A stretch of 64,000 bases of DNA, taken from positions 1 to 64,000 of IMG/VR virus record IMGVR_UViG_3300021375_000018, one strand, 5' to 3'. This document shows positions 52,554 to 61,444 of the stretch, one piece after another (within the stretch, counting starts at the first letter, position 1; each line of letters begins with the position of its first letter). Under the pieces are notes generated by a model, which had not been told where the DNA came from, did not search any database, and saw only the letters and a program-made list of their open reading frames with translations. The stretch comes from a virus. The translations under genes and the position numbers were made by a program.

Positions 52554-53168
52554 CTACCACCACCCAGGAATATTTCTTCCAAAAAGTTTTGTTAGTCTAC
52601 AAGACCAATATCCAGGTTTAGTTTTGTCTTTCTTTTTACTGCACTGATGTCTGTCTCCAAAAGATTTTCTTCTTTTTTTATGGGCATCACTATCACCCAT
52701 TGCTGAAGGCATTGAAGATCCAAAAGTTACTTTTTTTACTTTCCTTGACCCGTCTTTATTTTTCTTGCCTGTATAAACATACACACAAGCTTTACCGTTT
52801 CCAATTCTTTTTGCGCCTTCTTTTCCAATCTTTACTTTTTTACCTTTGTATGTAGCTTCAAATACTAAATGTTCATCTTCGTACATAGGATAGTCAATAG
52901 GAACTAAATTACCTTCATACATATCAAAAACACCTACATCTAATTCTGATATATACATTTTATCTATATCATGACTTAGCTCTATCAATCCCTCATTATA
53001 TAAAGATCTAGTTTCACTAAACAAATTAAAATATTTTTCTGATCCTCTTCTGTAAATGTTTGTACTTATTGGTATGTTTTCATTTATATGAAATCTTAGA
53101 CCTTCTGAAAGAATATTGTTTTTATCTTTAATAACTTCTATTATATACTTTTCTATTATTTTAGACAT
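52554..53168 (-). CDS. Protein with a basic C-terminal domain (VTFG..RRKSF..RH.C..YWSC)
   Basis: IEKYIIEVI..ILSE leader; basic C-domain. Confidence 0.65.
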   Translation of the reverse strand: MSKIIEKYIIEVIKDKNNILSEGLRFHINENIPISTNIYRRGSEKYFNLFSETRSLYNEGLIELSHDIDKMYISELDVGVFDMYEGNLVPIDYPMYEDEHLVFEATYKGKKVKIGKEGAKRIGNGKACVYVYTGKKNKDGSRKVKKVTFGSSMPSAMGDSDAHKKRRKSFGDRHQCSKKKDKTKPGYWSCRLTKLFGRNIPGWW

Positions 53169-53253
53169 TTTTACCCTTTAATCATTTATGTGTATATTAT
53201 AAAAATAAATATTATAATAATAAAAAAACTAATTATAAAATTTATATAAAGGT

Positions 53254-54171
53254 TTGAAAATGAATAGATTTGGTTACGCATGTATTAATATGGAGCTAAG
53301 AGAACAAGGTATATTTAATTCTAGAACAATGCGCAAAAAAACATTCTTAGAAAAAGGCATAGCTTATGCTTCTCAGCTAGTGTTACAAAACGTAAAAGAT
53401 ATGATGCCTATATTTGAGTGGAATAATAAAAACAATGTAAAAGTATTTAGAATCTCTTCAGAAGTTACTCCTTGGGCCTCTGAGTATAAATTAAGTGATC
53501 TACCAGACTATGAAGAAATATGTCATCACTTAAAAGTAGCAGGTGACTATACAAAACTTACAGGTCAAAGAATATCATTTCATCCTGGTCAATTTAATTG
53601 TTTAGCTTCAGAAAAAGATCATGTAATTAAAAATAGCATAAAAGACTTAGAAATACATGGCAAACTTTTTGACTTAATGGGTATGGATAGAAATCATAAC
53701 TCTAAAATAAATATTCACTTAGGCTCAACTTGTGGTGGTAACTTAAAACTAGCAGCTGACAATTTTAATAAAAACTTTTTACTTCTTTCAGAAGCTGTTA
53801 GGTCTAGACTAACTGTAGAGAATGATGATAAACCTGCTATGTTTAGCTCGAAGTTTTTGTATGAAAACGTTTATAGAATTTCTAAAGTCCCAATTGTTTT
53901 CGACGCTCACCACTTCGAGATCGGGCCACAAGATGTTAATTATGAAGAAAGCTTTCAAATGGCTTACGATTCTTGGCCAAATGGTATACGTCCTACTTGT
54001 CATCACTCTAATGGCAAAAAAGAGTATGAGGACAGTTCAATTCGTTCAAAAGCAGCACATTCTAATTATTACTATAAACCTTTTAACAGTTGCGGAAAGT
54101 CAGTAGATGTTATGTTAGAAGCTAAAGCTAAAGAAAAAGCGCTTAAAAAGTATTTACATGACTTTGGTTAA
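53254..54171 (+). CDS. uvsE: UV damage endonuclease
   Basis: GYACIN, FRISS, HPGQF, IH.G, ENDD, FDAHH, HHS, AHS, DVMLEAKAKE. Confidence 0.92.
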   Translation: MKMNRFGYACINMELREQGIFNSRTMRKKTFLEKGIAYASQLVLQNVKDMMPIFEWNNKNNVKVFRISSEVTPWASEYKLSDLPDYEEICHHLKVAGDYTKLTGQRISFHPGQFNCLASEKDHVIKNSIKDLEIHGKLFDLMGMDRNHNSKINIHLGSTCGGNLKLAADNFNKNFLLLSEAVRSRLTVENDDKPAMFSSKFLYENVYRISKVPIVFDAHHFEIGPQDVNYEESFQMAYDSWPNGIRPTCHHSNGKKEYEDSSIRSKAAHSNYYYKPFNSCGKSVDVMLEAKAKEKALKKYLHDFG

Positions 54172-54291
54172 TATGTGTAAATTAAATATTAATTAATTAT
54201 AATAAATAAAACAAGAAAGGTATATAATTTGTCTATTGAGTTAATAACACCACCAAATAGATTCGTATCTCTTCACTCACACTCAACATTT
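54170..54291 (+). repeat. Cassette junction repeat A: promoter plus dnaE 5' stub MSIELITPPNRFVSLHSHSTF (54229-54291)
   Basis: Near-identical to 55330-55456 and 59443-59563. Confidence 0.9.
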
Positions 54292-54308
54292 AAAAGTATA
54301 AATTTAAA

Positions 54309-55307
54309 TTATTTTCCACCATTTAACTTTTTATATAATAAATTTAAATTTCTTTCTAATGATTCTTCTCTATTACCTACTTCAAATTCATCTAATTCGT
54401 TTTCATACTTACTAAAGATATAACCTTTTTTAGATACTTCAACATCTAAATCATATGCTAAATCACAATCTTCAATAATACCTGATAATGCTTCATATAA
54501 CGCTTCTAAATCTTCTTCTCTATTTGTACTAAAATTAAAAGGACTTACTTCTTCTAAATATTGAGACATAGTTGACATGTAAAATCTAGGAGTACTAAAA
54601 ATTCTATCTCTACAGTCAATAGTGTCAACTATTATTTCATGACTACTACTGAATATATTAAATATTCCTTTTCCTCTTTTTAATAATTCTGACATTTCTT
54701 TCGACTTCGGAACAAACCTTATTTCAAGTATATTGTCTACTTTACATGATGACAAGTCTTTCAAAGAGTCTTCAAGTTTAAACGAAAGATAATTGCTGTG
54801 TGATGACTCAGGTAAATATAATGCCATATACCAATTATTATCGCTAATATTACCTTTATTTGTAATAGGAGTAATATTATGGATAGCTTTAAGCTGTAAG
54901 TCTATCATATAGTCATGATAGTCTCTGTCAAGATTTTCTTGGTTGTCTAAATAGTCAGTATATTTTTTTTGATCAAAAAAGAAGTGATCTGGATCTTTAA
55001 TACTTGGATCGACATAATCTTTACTTTCTGCATCTAATTCGTTTTCTTCTGGTCTTGTAAGACTAAATCTTGTCATGTCATACCACCAAGTTGCGTATAT
55101 AGATTTTCCACCACCACCACCTCCTCGTCTTTTCTGTAATTCTCCATTGTTTCCTCCTCCACCACTGCCACTTTTCTTTAATTCATTTTCTATGGTATTG
55201 AAAAAGTAGGTTTGTTTTTCTTTTGACGAATCACGAAACTCATTAATAAAATTCTGTTTCCATTCAGTTAATAGTTCTTTAAACTCGCTTCTGTTTAGTT
55301 TACTCAT
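54309..55307 (-). CDS. Leader-family protein (MSKLNRSEFKELLTEWKQNFINE...) with Gly linker
   Basis: Shared leader; body unrelated to the other members by eye. Confidence 0.75.
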   Translation of the reverse strand: MSKLNRSEFKELLTEWKQNFINEFRDSSKEKQTYFFNTIENELKKSGSGGGGNNGELQKRRGGGGGGKSIYATWWYDMTRFSLTRPEENELDAESKDYVDPSIKDPDHFFFDQKKYTDYLDNQENLDRDYHDYMIDLQLKAIHNITPITNKGNISDNNWYMALYLPESSHSNYLSFKLEDSLKDLSSCKVDNILEIRFVPKSKEMSELLKRGKGIFNIFSSSHEIIVDTIDCRDRIFSTPRFYMSTMSQYLEEVSPFNFSTNREEDLEALYEALSGIIEDCDLAYDLDVEVSKKGYIFSKYENELDEFEVGNREESLERNLNLLYKKLNGGK

Positions 55308-55456
55308 TTATAATCCTTTGTAATTTTAATATGTGTAAATTAAATATCAATTAATTATAATAAATAAAAAACAAATAAATAAAAAACAAATAAATAAAAA
55401 CAAGAAAGGTATATAATTTGTCTATTGAATTAATAAAACCACCCGATAGATTTGTC
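55241..55456. repeat. Cassette junction repeat B: leader, bidirectional promoter, 15-bp tandem x3, shorter dnaE stub MSIELIKPPDRFV (55418-55456)
   Basis: Direct comparison with repeats A and D. Confidence 0.9.
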
Positions 55457-55466
55457 CCATTTTTAT

Positions 55467-56459
55467 CTATCCATGCGAGTATGTTTGAAGTAATATTTTA
55501 TCTTCTAAAAAGCTTCCAATAAAGTTGTAACACATGTGTACTTTACTAAAAAACAGTTTTAAATATTCTATATCTTCTTGAGAAATTTCTGACACAATGC
55601 TTGAGCATTGATTTAAAAAAGCTTCTATTCCTTTTTCGTTATTTGGCAAAGACCTTATATGGTGTGCTACGCTTGCAAAGTTATCACCATCTCCTACACT
55701 GCTGCCTAATCTTGTCAAACCGTCAGCTGACTGCCCGCCGGCGGCACCTTCTACAACAAATTTTTTAATGATCATGTTTAGATTCTTTTTATTATTAAAT
55801 AAATCATTAAGCTCGATATAAGGCGCAAAACTTTCGTTGGCAAGTATATCTTCAAAGTAGTGAAAGACATCATGCTTTAATTCCCATTGTAAGTGACTCT
55901 TCCACACTTTTTGATCAGAAATATTAAGTATATTGTTGATCGATCCACTAGCCATTTCATCAACCATATTAATCATTCTAGGGAAGTATATCATGAGACC
56001 AACATTGTCGCTAGCTAATCTTTGCAAGTCTCTTTTTGACTGGGCTATTTGGTCTTTTATGTTTTGTTTTTTTTCTTCAACCTTTACGTTATTCATACTC
56101 ATATCTTTATAAAACAAATTCTCTTTGTTAAGAAGATCATTGAAAACTAAATCTAATATCTCTAGAATCTCTGTAATACTATTTTTATGAAGAATAATGC
56201 TACTTTCGTAGGCTTTGTAAACACTTTTGCTCCTAGACATAACATCATGCATAAAACTACCGAATGTATGCTCACTTATAGAAAAATCTCCGATAGCATA
56301 CAAATTTAAATCAATTGGGACTTTTTTGACATAATCTTTTTGTGTAGGCGTTAACCCTTTAAAATCAACTAAATTTGTATTGACAGTTCTTTCATTTATA
56401 AAGTTTTGTTTCCATTCAGTTAACAACTCTTTAAATTCTTTTCTACTTAACTTGCTCAT
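55467..56459 (-). CDS. Leader-family protein (MSKLSRKEFKELLTEWKQNFINE...)
   Basis: Shared leader; WELKHDVFH and GDNFASV resemble WLFSHDFMH and GDNSASV of 48873..50039. Confidence 0.75.
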   Translation of the reverse strand: MSKLSRKEFKELLTEWKQNFINERTVNTNLVDFKGLTPTQKDYVKKVPIDLNLYAIGDFSISEHTFGSFMHDVMSRSKSVYKAYESSIILHKNSITEILEILDLVFNDLLNKENLFYKDMSMNNVKVEEKKQNIKDQIAQSKRDLQRLASDNVGLMIYFPRMINMVDEMASGSINNILNISDQKVWKSHLQWELKHDVFHYFEDILANESFAPYIELNDLFNNKKNLNMIIKKFVVEGAAGGQSADGLTRLGSSVGDGDNFASVAHHIRSLPNNEKGIEAFLNQCSSIVSEISQEDIEYLKLFFSKVHMCYNFIGSFLEDKILLQTYSHG

Positions 56460-56501
56460 TTGTAATCCTTAGTAATTTTTATACGTGTGATTAAATATTA
56501 T

Positions 56502-56555
56502 TTAATTCATTTCAGTTAATAACTCTTTAAATTCTCTTCTGCTTAACTTGTTCAT
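56502..56555 (-). pseudogene. Leader-only remnant MNKLSRREFKELLTEMN*
   Basis: Manual translation; retains the AAGGATTATAAATG RBS. Confidence 0.65.
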
Positions 56556-59420
56556 TTATAATCCTTGGTAACTTATTATTTCTTTAATATATCTTTCTAG
56601 CAAAATTTTAGAATTTTCTAAATATTTAACTTCTATTAAATTTAAATTTTTAAGAGCTTTTTCAAGATTTATTCTATTCTTTTTAATAGACATTCCTTTT
56701 TCACTACTAATCAAAGAATTATAAAAAGTTATCATTGATTTTGTTGATATATCTAATTTAGATAAAATATCCAACGACGTTCTGCCCCTGTGATTAACAT
56801 TAGAATTGTATTCAAGTTTTTCATACATTTCAACAACAATCTTATTTAATAAAGACTTGTTAGCTAATTTTACAAATTCATTTGAAATTTCAGGTATCTC
56901 TAGCATTTTATATGTTTTATTTATATACATCAAATCATGATAAACAAAAGAAGGACCTCTTCCTTTTTTAGGTAGTGTATTTCTAATTATATACAAATAA
57001 TTTTCTGTAGAAGTGTAATCATATTCTAAGAAAAACTTTATACTATCATAATCTGACGTTTTTAAATTTTTAATAATATTTTTTTGTTGATTATGATTAA
57101 TTAATATTTTGTTTTGACTTATGACGCCTACCAGGATATTCATTGCATGCTTTGTTATTTTTATTTTTTTCATTCTATTAATAATATTATTAATTAAAAG
57201 AACAATGACACTGTCATCTATATCTAAAGACTCACGTAATGTATATAAGTCAAAAATAACTGTTGTAAGCTTTTTCTCTGAATTAGCATTTAAAGATAAA
57301 GAATTAAGTAACTCAATATTATCTGACATGTTTTTTTCTAATTTACTCTTTTTTTCTTCTGGCAATAAATGTTTAAAATTGCTAGTAAAGTATAGAATAC
57401 AATAACTATTTTTATCATTTGAATTTTGATCCTCTTCAGCAATGCTATGTTTTTTAGGAAGTTTGTTGCTCTTTATATTAGCATCAAGCGAATCAATTTG
57501 TTCTAAGAAATCATAAGTTGCATTTACAAGTTTTTTCATGTAGATACTATCTGTATTTAGAAAACTAATTATTGGACCGTCTTCATTAAAAAATCTATAT
57601 GATGAATAAAGTAGACTAAAAAGTCTTTCAATGTCTGATGTAATTTTTAATTTTTTTAATCTAGCCTTGTCATTTAAAATGACAAATAGCTCATAAAATG
57701 ATTTTGTTGGGTCAATATTTTGTTCATCATCACTTTTTAATATTTTTAATACTTCAGATACACTTCCATAAAAATCGTGGTCTGGAGATTCAAAATAAGT
57801 TAATAGTTCTTCATATTCTTCATAACTTTCTTGCTTTACTTTGTTTAAGTAATTAATAGAATAGTCTAATTTCTTTAAACTAGAATTGTTTGTCAAAAGA
57901 CTCATGTTGTATTCTTTGTCAAATTCTTCAGGAAATTTTTCTACAAGAGCTTTGGTGTATTCTATATTTTTTATTATAATTTTTTTAATTTCATCGTATT
58001 CGTGTTTAACTAAAAATGATAAGAGACTTAAGCTTTTATCAATTTCAATTAAATCTTTTCTACGAGACAAACTTTTAGATGAAGCCCTATCTTTTTTAAT
58101 TGTCTCAATAACATCTTGATTAAAGCTCTCAATTTTTGCTCTATCTATAATGAGACTTCTAATTTTAATATTTTTATCTTCTATTAAAACTTCTACAACA
58201 TATTCATAAATATCATCGTCCATTAAATGCATATTGTATACTAGTGCTTGTCTAATGTAAACATTCTCGTCATCACAAGAGTAAACTATAATTTTATTTC
58301 TATCTCTAGAATGTCTAATTATCATATTAAATTGTTGTACGAATTCTGATGGGTTTTCTTGTACTCTTCTTGTATTTACGTATGCTTCAAAGCTTACTGT
58401 TTTAAGGTAAGCAATGTAGTCAAAATCTTTTTTTTCTGGAAGCTTGGAGTTTTCTTCGATTATGTTAAAAACATTTCCTAATGTAGATTTAAACCACTCA
58501 ATATCTCTTGAGCTATTGTTACCGTCAACGCACATGTATGGTTGTTTATTTCCAGCAAATTCTATTCTATTGTTTAATTTAACAAATGATAAACAAAGCT
58601 TTCTTTTAGAAAATTCTTCTTTTTGTATTTTGTCACCTTTTTCTAAAGAATTAAACTCATTTAAATCATCAAAGCTTTTAAACTTTTTAATTGCATAGTA
58701 CATGTGCATATTGCCTGATTTAAATTGTAAAAATGCATTTGCGCCTTCAGAAGAAGTACACCAAGTCATTTTTTTTGTAAGTTTACCGTAACCGGTTATA
58801 GCTGTTTTATCGTATACTAACTCTTTTCCTATATATACACTTCTAGCTAATATTTTTGATGCAAATTGTTTATTTGGATAAAATACTATCCAGTCATTAT
58901 CTTCATATATTAATTCAAAAATATTGCTTTTTTTTGAATATGATTGCTTAAATTCTTTAGATAATACATCTTGTGTTTTCTTACTTGATAAACCGGATTT
59001 TTCTCTTCTAACATTTAACCATGAAATAATATCTTGATACGTTGCTGTTTGCGCTGGATCATTATGACCTTTATTAAAATTTAACTTTTCATTTAAATCA
59101 TGTTTAGTTCCATCACTTAGTTCTATTACTAAGTCTTCTGTCCTATTTCTTTTAGATAAAATATGTGTTTTATATTCTTCGTATAACAATATAAATTCTT
59201 CAACGCCGTGTATATCTCCTGAATTGTAAGAATTAATTATTATAGCATTAAAATAAACATCTTGAAGTTTTCCTAATCTACTTTTATTAATATTAAATTC
59301 ATTATAGATTTCTTCATCTAAATTTAATTTTAAATCTTTTTCTGAAGCCTCAGAAAGAATTAAAAAATCTTTCCAGTCTATTAAAATCTTTTTAGCTTCT
59401 TTTCTGTTTAGTTTGCTCAT
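56556..59420 (-). CDS. Large leader-family protein (954 aa) with a TWCTS domain and HEAT-like repeats
   Basis: MSKLNRKEAKKILIDWKDFLILSE leader; IYEDNDWIV..WCTS; DENVYIR and DKNIKIR repeats; C-terminal LLERYIKEII. Confidence 0.75.
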   Translation of the reverse strand: MSKLNRKEAKKILIDWKDFLILSEASEKDLKLNLDEEIYNEFNINKSRLGKLQDVYFNAIIINSYNSGDIHGVEEFILLYEEYKTHILSKRNRTEDLVIELSDGTKHDLNEKLNFNKGHNDPAQTATYQDIISWLNVRREKSGLSSKKTQDVLSKEFKQSYSKKSNIFELIYEDNDWIVFYPNKQFASKILARSVYIGKELVYDKTAITGYGKLTKKMTWCTSSEGANAFLQFKSGNMHMYYAIKKFKSFDDLNEFNSLEKGDKIQKEEFSKRKLCLSFVKLNNRIEFAGNKQPYMCVDGNNSSRDIEWFKSTLGNVFNIIEENSKLPEKKDFDYIAYLKTVSFEAYVNTRRVQENPSEFVQQFNMIIRHSRDRNKIIVYSCDDENVYIRQALVYNMHLMDDDIYEYVVEVLIEDKNIKIRSLIIDRAKIESFNQDVIETIKKDRASSKSLSRRKDLIEIDKSLSLLSFLVKHEYDEIKKIIIKNIEYTKALVEKFPEEFDKEYNMSLLTNNSSLKKLDYSINYLNKVKQESYEEYEELLTYFESPDHDFYGSVSEVLKILKSDDEQNIDPTKSFYELFVILNDKARLKKLKITSDIERLFSLLYSSYRFFNEDGPIISFLNTDSIYMKKLVNATYDFLEQIDSLDANIKSNKLPKKHSIAEEDQNSNDKNSYCILYFTSNFKHLLPEEKKSKLEKNMSDNIELLNSLSLNANSEKKLTTVIFDLYTLRESLDIDDSVIVLLINNIINRMKKIKITKHAMNILVGVISQNKILINHNQQKNIIKNLKTSDYDSIKFFLEYDYTSTENYLYIIRNTLPKKGRGPSFVYHDLMYINKTYKMLEIPEISNEFVKLANKSLLNKIVVEMYEKLEYNSNVNHRGRTSLDILSKLDISTKSMITFYNSLISSEKGMSIKKNRINLEKALKNLNLIEVKYLENSKILLERYIKEIISYQGL

Positions 59421-59563
59421 TTATAATCCTTAGTAATTTTTATATGTGTAAATTAAATATTAATTAATTATAATAAATAAAAACAAAAAAGGTATATAAT
59501 TTGTCTATTGAATTAATAACACCACCAAATAGATTTGTATCTCTTCACTCACACTCAACTTTT
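59385..59563. repeat. Cassette junction repeat D: leader, bidirectional promoter, dnaE stub MSIELITPPNRFVSLHSHSTF (59501-59563)
   Basis: Near-identical to repeat A; the stub frame stops at 59614. Confidence 0.9.
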
Positions 59564-59604
59564 TTAAAACTTAGTATGTTATTTTGGGAAGGCAAATTAA
59601 ATAC

Positions 59605-59633
59605 GTGTAAATAACAATATTATATTTTATAAT
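59605..59633 (+). promoter_or_regulatory. Early/middle promoter of dnaE
   Basis: GTGTAA-N17-TATAAT, followed by AAGGA RBS and ATG 59669. Confidence 0.7.
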
Positions 59634-59668
59634 AAACCATAATTTAAATAATCTACATAAGGAATAAA

Positions 59669-61444
59669 ATGAATAATACATTTAATACGGAAAGGAGGTA
59701 TCTAGAGAAGGTTGAACTTGAACTGCTTACACCTAACAGATTTGTTAGCTTGCATTCGCATTCAACCTTCTCGTAGATATCTACGTTTGATGGATTAGGT
59801 TATCCAGCAGATCACATCAACTTTGTTCTTTCTGAATCTCAAGGTATGGATGCTTGGGCTTTAACAGATCATGGAAACGGCAACGGTCTTGCTCATGCTC
59901 ATTCACATGCTGTTAAAATGCAAAAGAAAGGTCAAAAGTTTAGACAAATCTACGGTGTTGAATTCTATTTTGTACCTTCTCTAGAACAATGGTCAAAAGA
60001 ATACTCAGATCATCGTCAAGCAGTCAAAGATGCAAAAACAGCAGCAGCTGCTGAAAAGAAATCAAAAGAAAAAGTTGATATCGATGCTGATGATGAAAGT
60101 GGTGGTTTAGTTATTGAAGACGAAGAAGAAACAAAGAAAATCGATATCCTTAAAGATGAATGGAAACGACGTTATCACCTTGTAGTCACTGCACGCAATA
60201 GAAAAGGCTTAAACAATCTTTTTACTCTTGTTAAGAAATCATATAAATATGGATTCTATCGATATCCTCGAATTGACTTTAAAATGTTAAAAGAACACGG
60301 TGAAGGTCTTCATGTATCAACAGCATGTTTAGGCGGACTTTTTAGCAATAGAATTCTAAGAGGTAATGCTCACAATAAATCACGTGATGAAATACAAAAA
60401 GATCTTCTAAACTTAACAGATAGATTTACAGACGCAGTTGGTTTAGAAAACTTTAAACTAGAACTACAATTTAACAAACTTAATAAGCAACACATTGTCA
60501 ATGATTATTTGATAGAACATCATAAGCTAACAGGTATTCCATTGATATCTACAGCAGACTCACACTATCCAACAAATGATAAATGGCAAGCAAGAGAACT
60601 ATACAAGAAACTTGGATGGTTAGGAAAAAAAGATGGAATGACTTTACCTACATTTGAAGATCTTAAATGTGAGTTATATCCAAAAAATGCACAACAAATG
60701 TGGGATGAGTTTTTAGAATCATATCCTCTATATGATTTCTATAAAGGTAACGAAGAACTAGTCAAAGAATCAATTGAAAGAACACATGATATTGTATGGG
60801 AAAACTTTGAAGATACATGGATCGATGTAGGTGCAAAACTACCTACGATATCAATTCCTAATAAAACGCCATTTCAGCACTTATGTGATTTAGTTAAAAG
60901 TGCTTTAATCAAAGAAGAACTTCATAGTAATAAAGAATACGTTGAACGCGCAAAGTATGAATTATCTGATATTAAATACTTAGGCCATGCAGCTTATTTT
61001 ATTACAATGTATGAGATCTTTAAAAAAGCTGAAACAAAGACTTTATTTGGAGCAGGACGTGGATCAGGTGCAGGTAGCTTAGTTAATTATCTTTTAGGTA
61101 TTACTCAAATTGATCCGATACCTTACAACTTACTTTGGAGCAGATTCTTAGGTAGACATAGATGTTTGGATGAAGACATATACATAATGTCTGAAAGTGG
61201 TAAAAAGAAACTTAAAGATGTTGTTGAAGGCGAAAAAGTATTAACACATACAGGACAATATCAAAGAATTCTTGACAAAGCTGTGACACAACATGACATG
61301 GCAATTGAAATAAAGTTTAATGGTCGCAATATTATTTGTTCTCCTAATCATAGATGGATTATTAATCGCGATGGCGCCGAAGTAGAAACGATGGCATGTC
61401 ACTTAAAAAAAGGTGACAAACTTATAAAAAATATACATACTTGA
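59669..61444 (+). CDS. dnaE: DNA polymerase III alpha, N-terminal part (PHP plus start of the palm) fused to a split-intein N half; in-frame TAG at 59774
   Basis: LHSHSTF..FDG, ALTDHGN, YGVEFY, TADSHY, GRGSGAGSLVNYLLGIT; the frame from 59669 continues into the track ORF 59846..61444 apart from one TAG. Confidence 0.88.
59699..59785 (+). promoter_or_regulatory. RNA hairpin / recoding element around the in-frame TAG
   Basis: TATCTA-GAGAAGGTTGAA(59699-716) pairs with TTCAACCTTCTC-g-TAGATA(59761-79); alternative CGTAG-ATAT-CTACG(59772-85). Confidence 0.6.
61163..61444 (+). mobile_element. Split intein N half (93 aa)
   Basis: RHR|CLDEDIYI block A; ICSPNHRW block B; LKKGD then stop. Confidence 0.88.

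Noticed and set aside
54229-54423. 64-aa ORF as a real gene
   Set aside because: Only the first 21 codons are dnaE-like; the rest is antisense run-on into 54309..55307
54170-59563. CRISPR-like array or diversity-generating retroelement
   Set aside because: The repeats are promoter/coding junctions separated by kb-scale genes; no reverse transcriptase or cas gene, and mismatches are not adenine-specific
59731-59750. Integron attC-like core (ACCTAAC...GTTAGCT)
   Set aside because: Only 6 nt separate the boxes, it is a single copy, and no integron integrase is in the window
59774-59776. Genome-wide TAG reassignment (alternative genetic code) to explain the dnaE stop
   Set aside because: TAG ends genes at their natural C-termini (e.g. 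nrdA CLSCQG-TAG at 38561, clpP at 40442), and long genes are intact under the standard code
59564-59779. Group I/II intron between stub D and STFDG (216 nt, in frame)
   Set aside because: No recognisable catalytic core, does not end in G, and it contains its own promoter, RBS and coding copy of the motif; kept only as a junction to test
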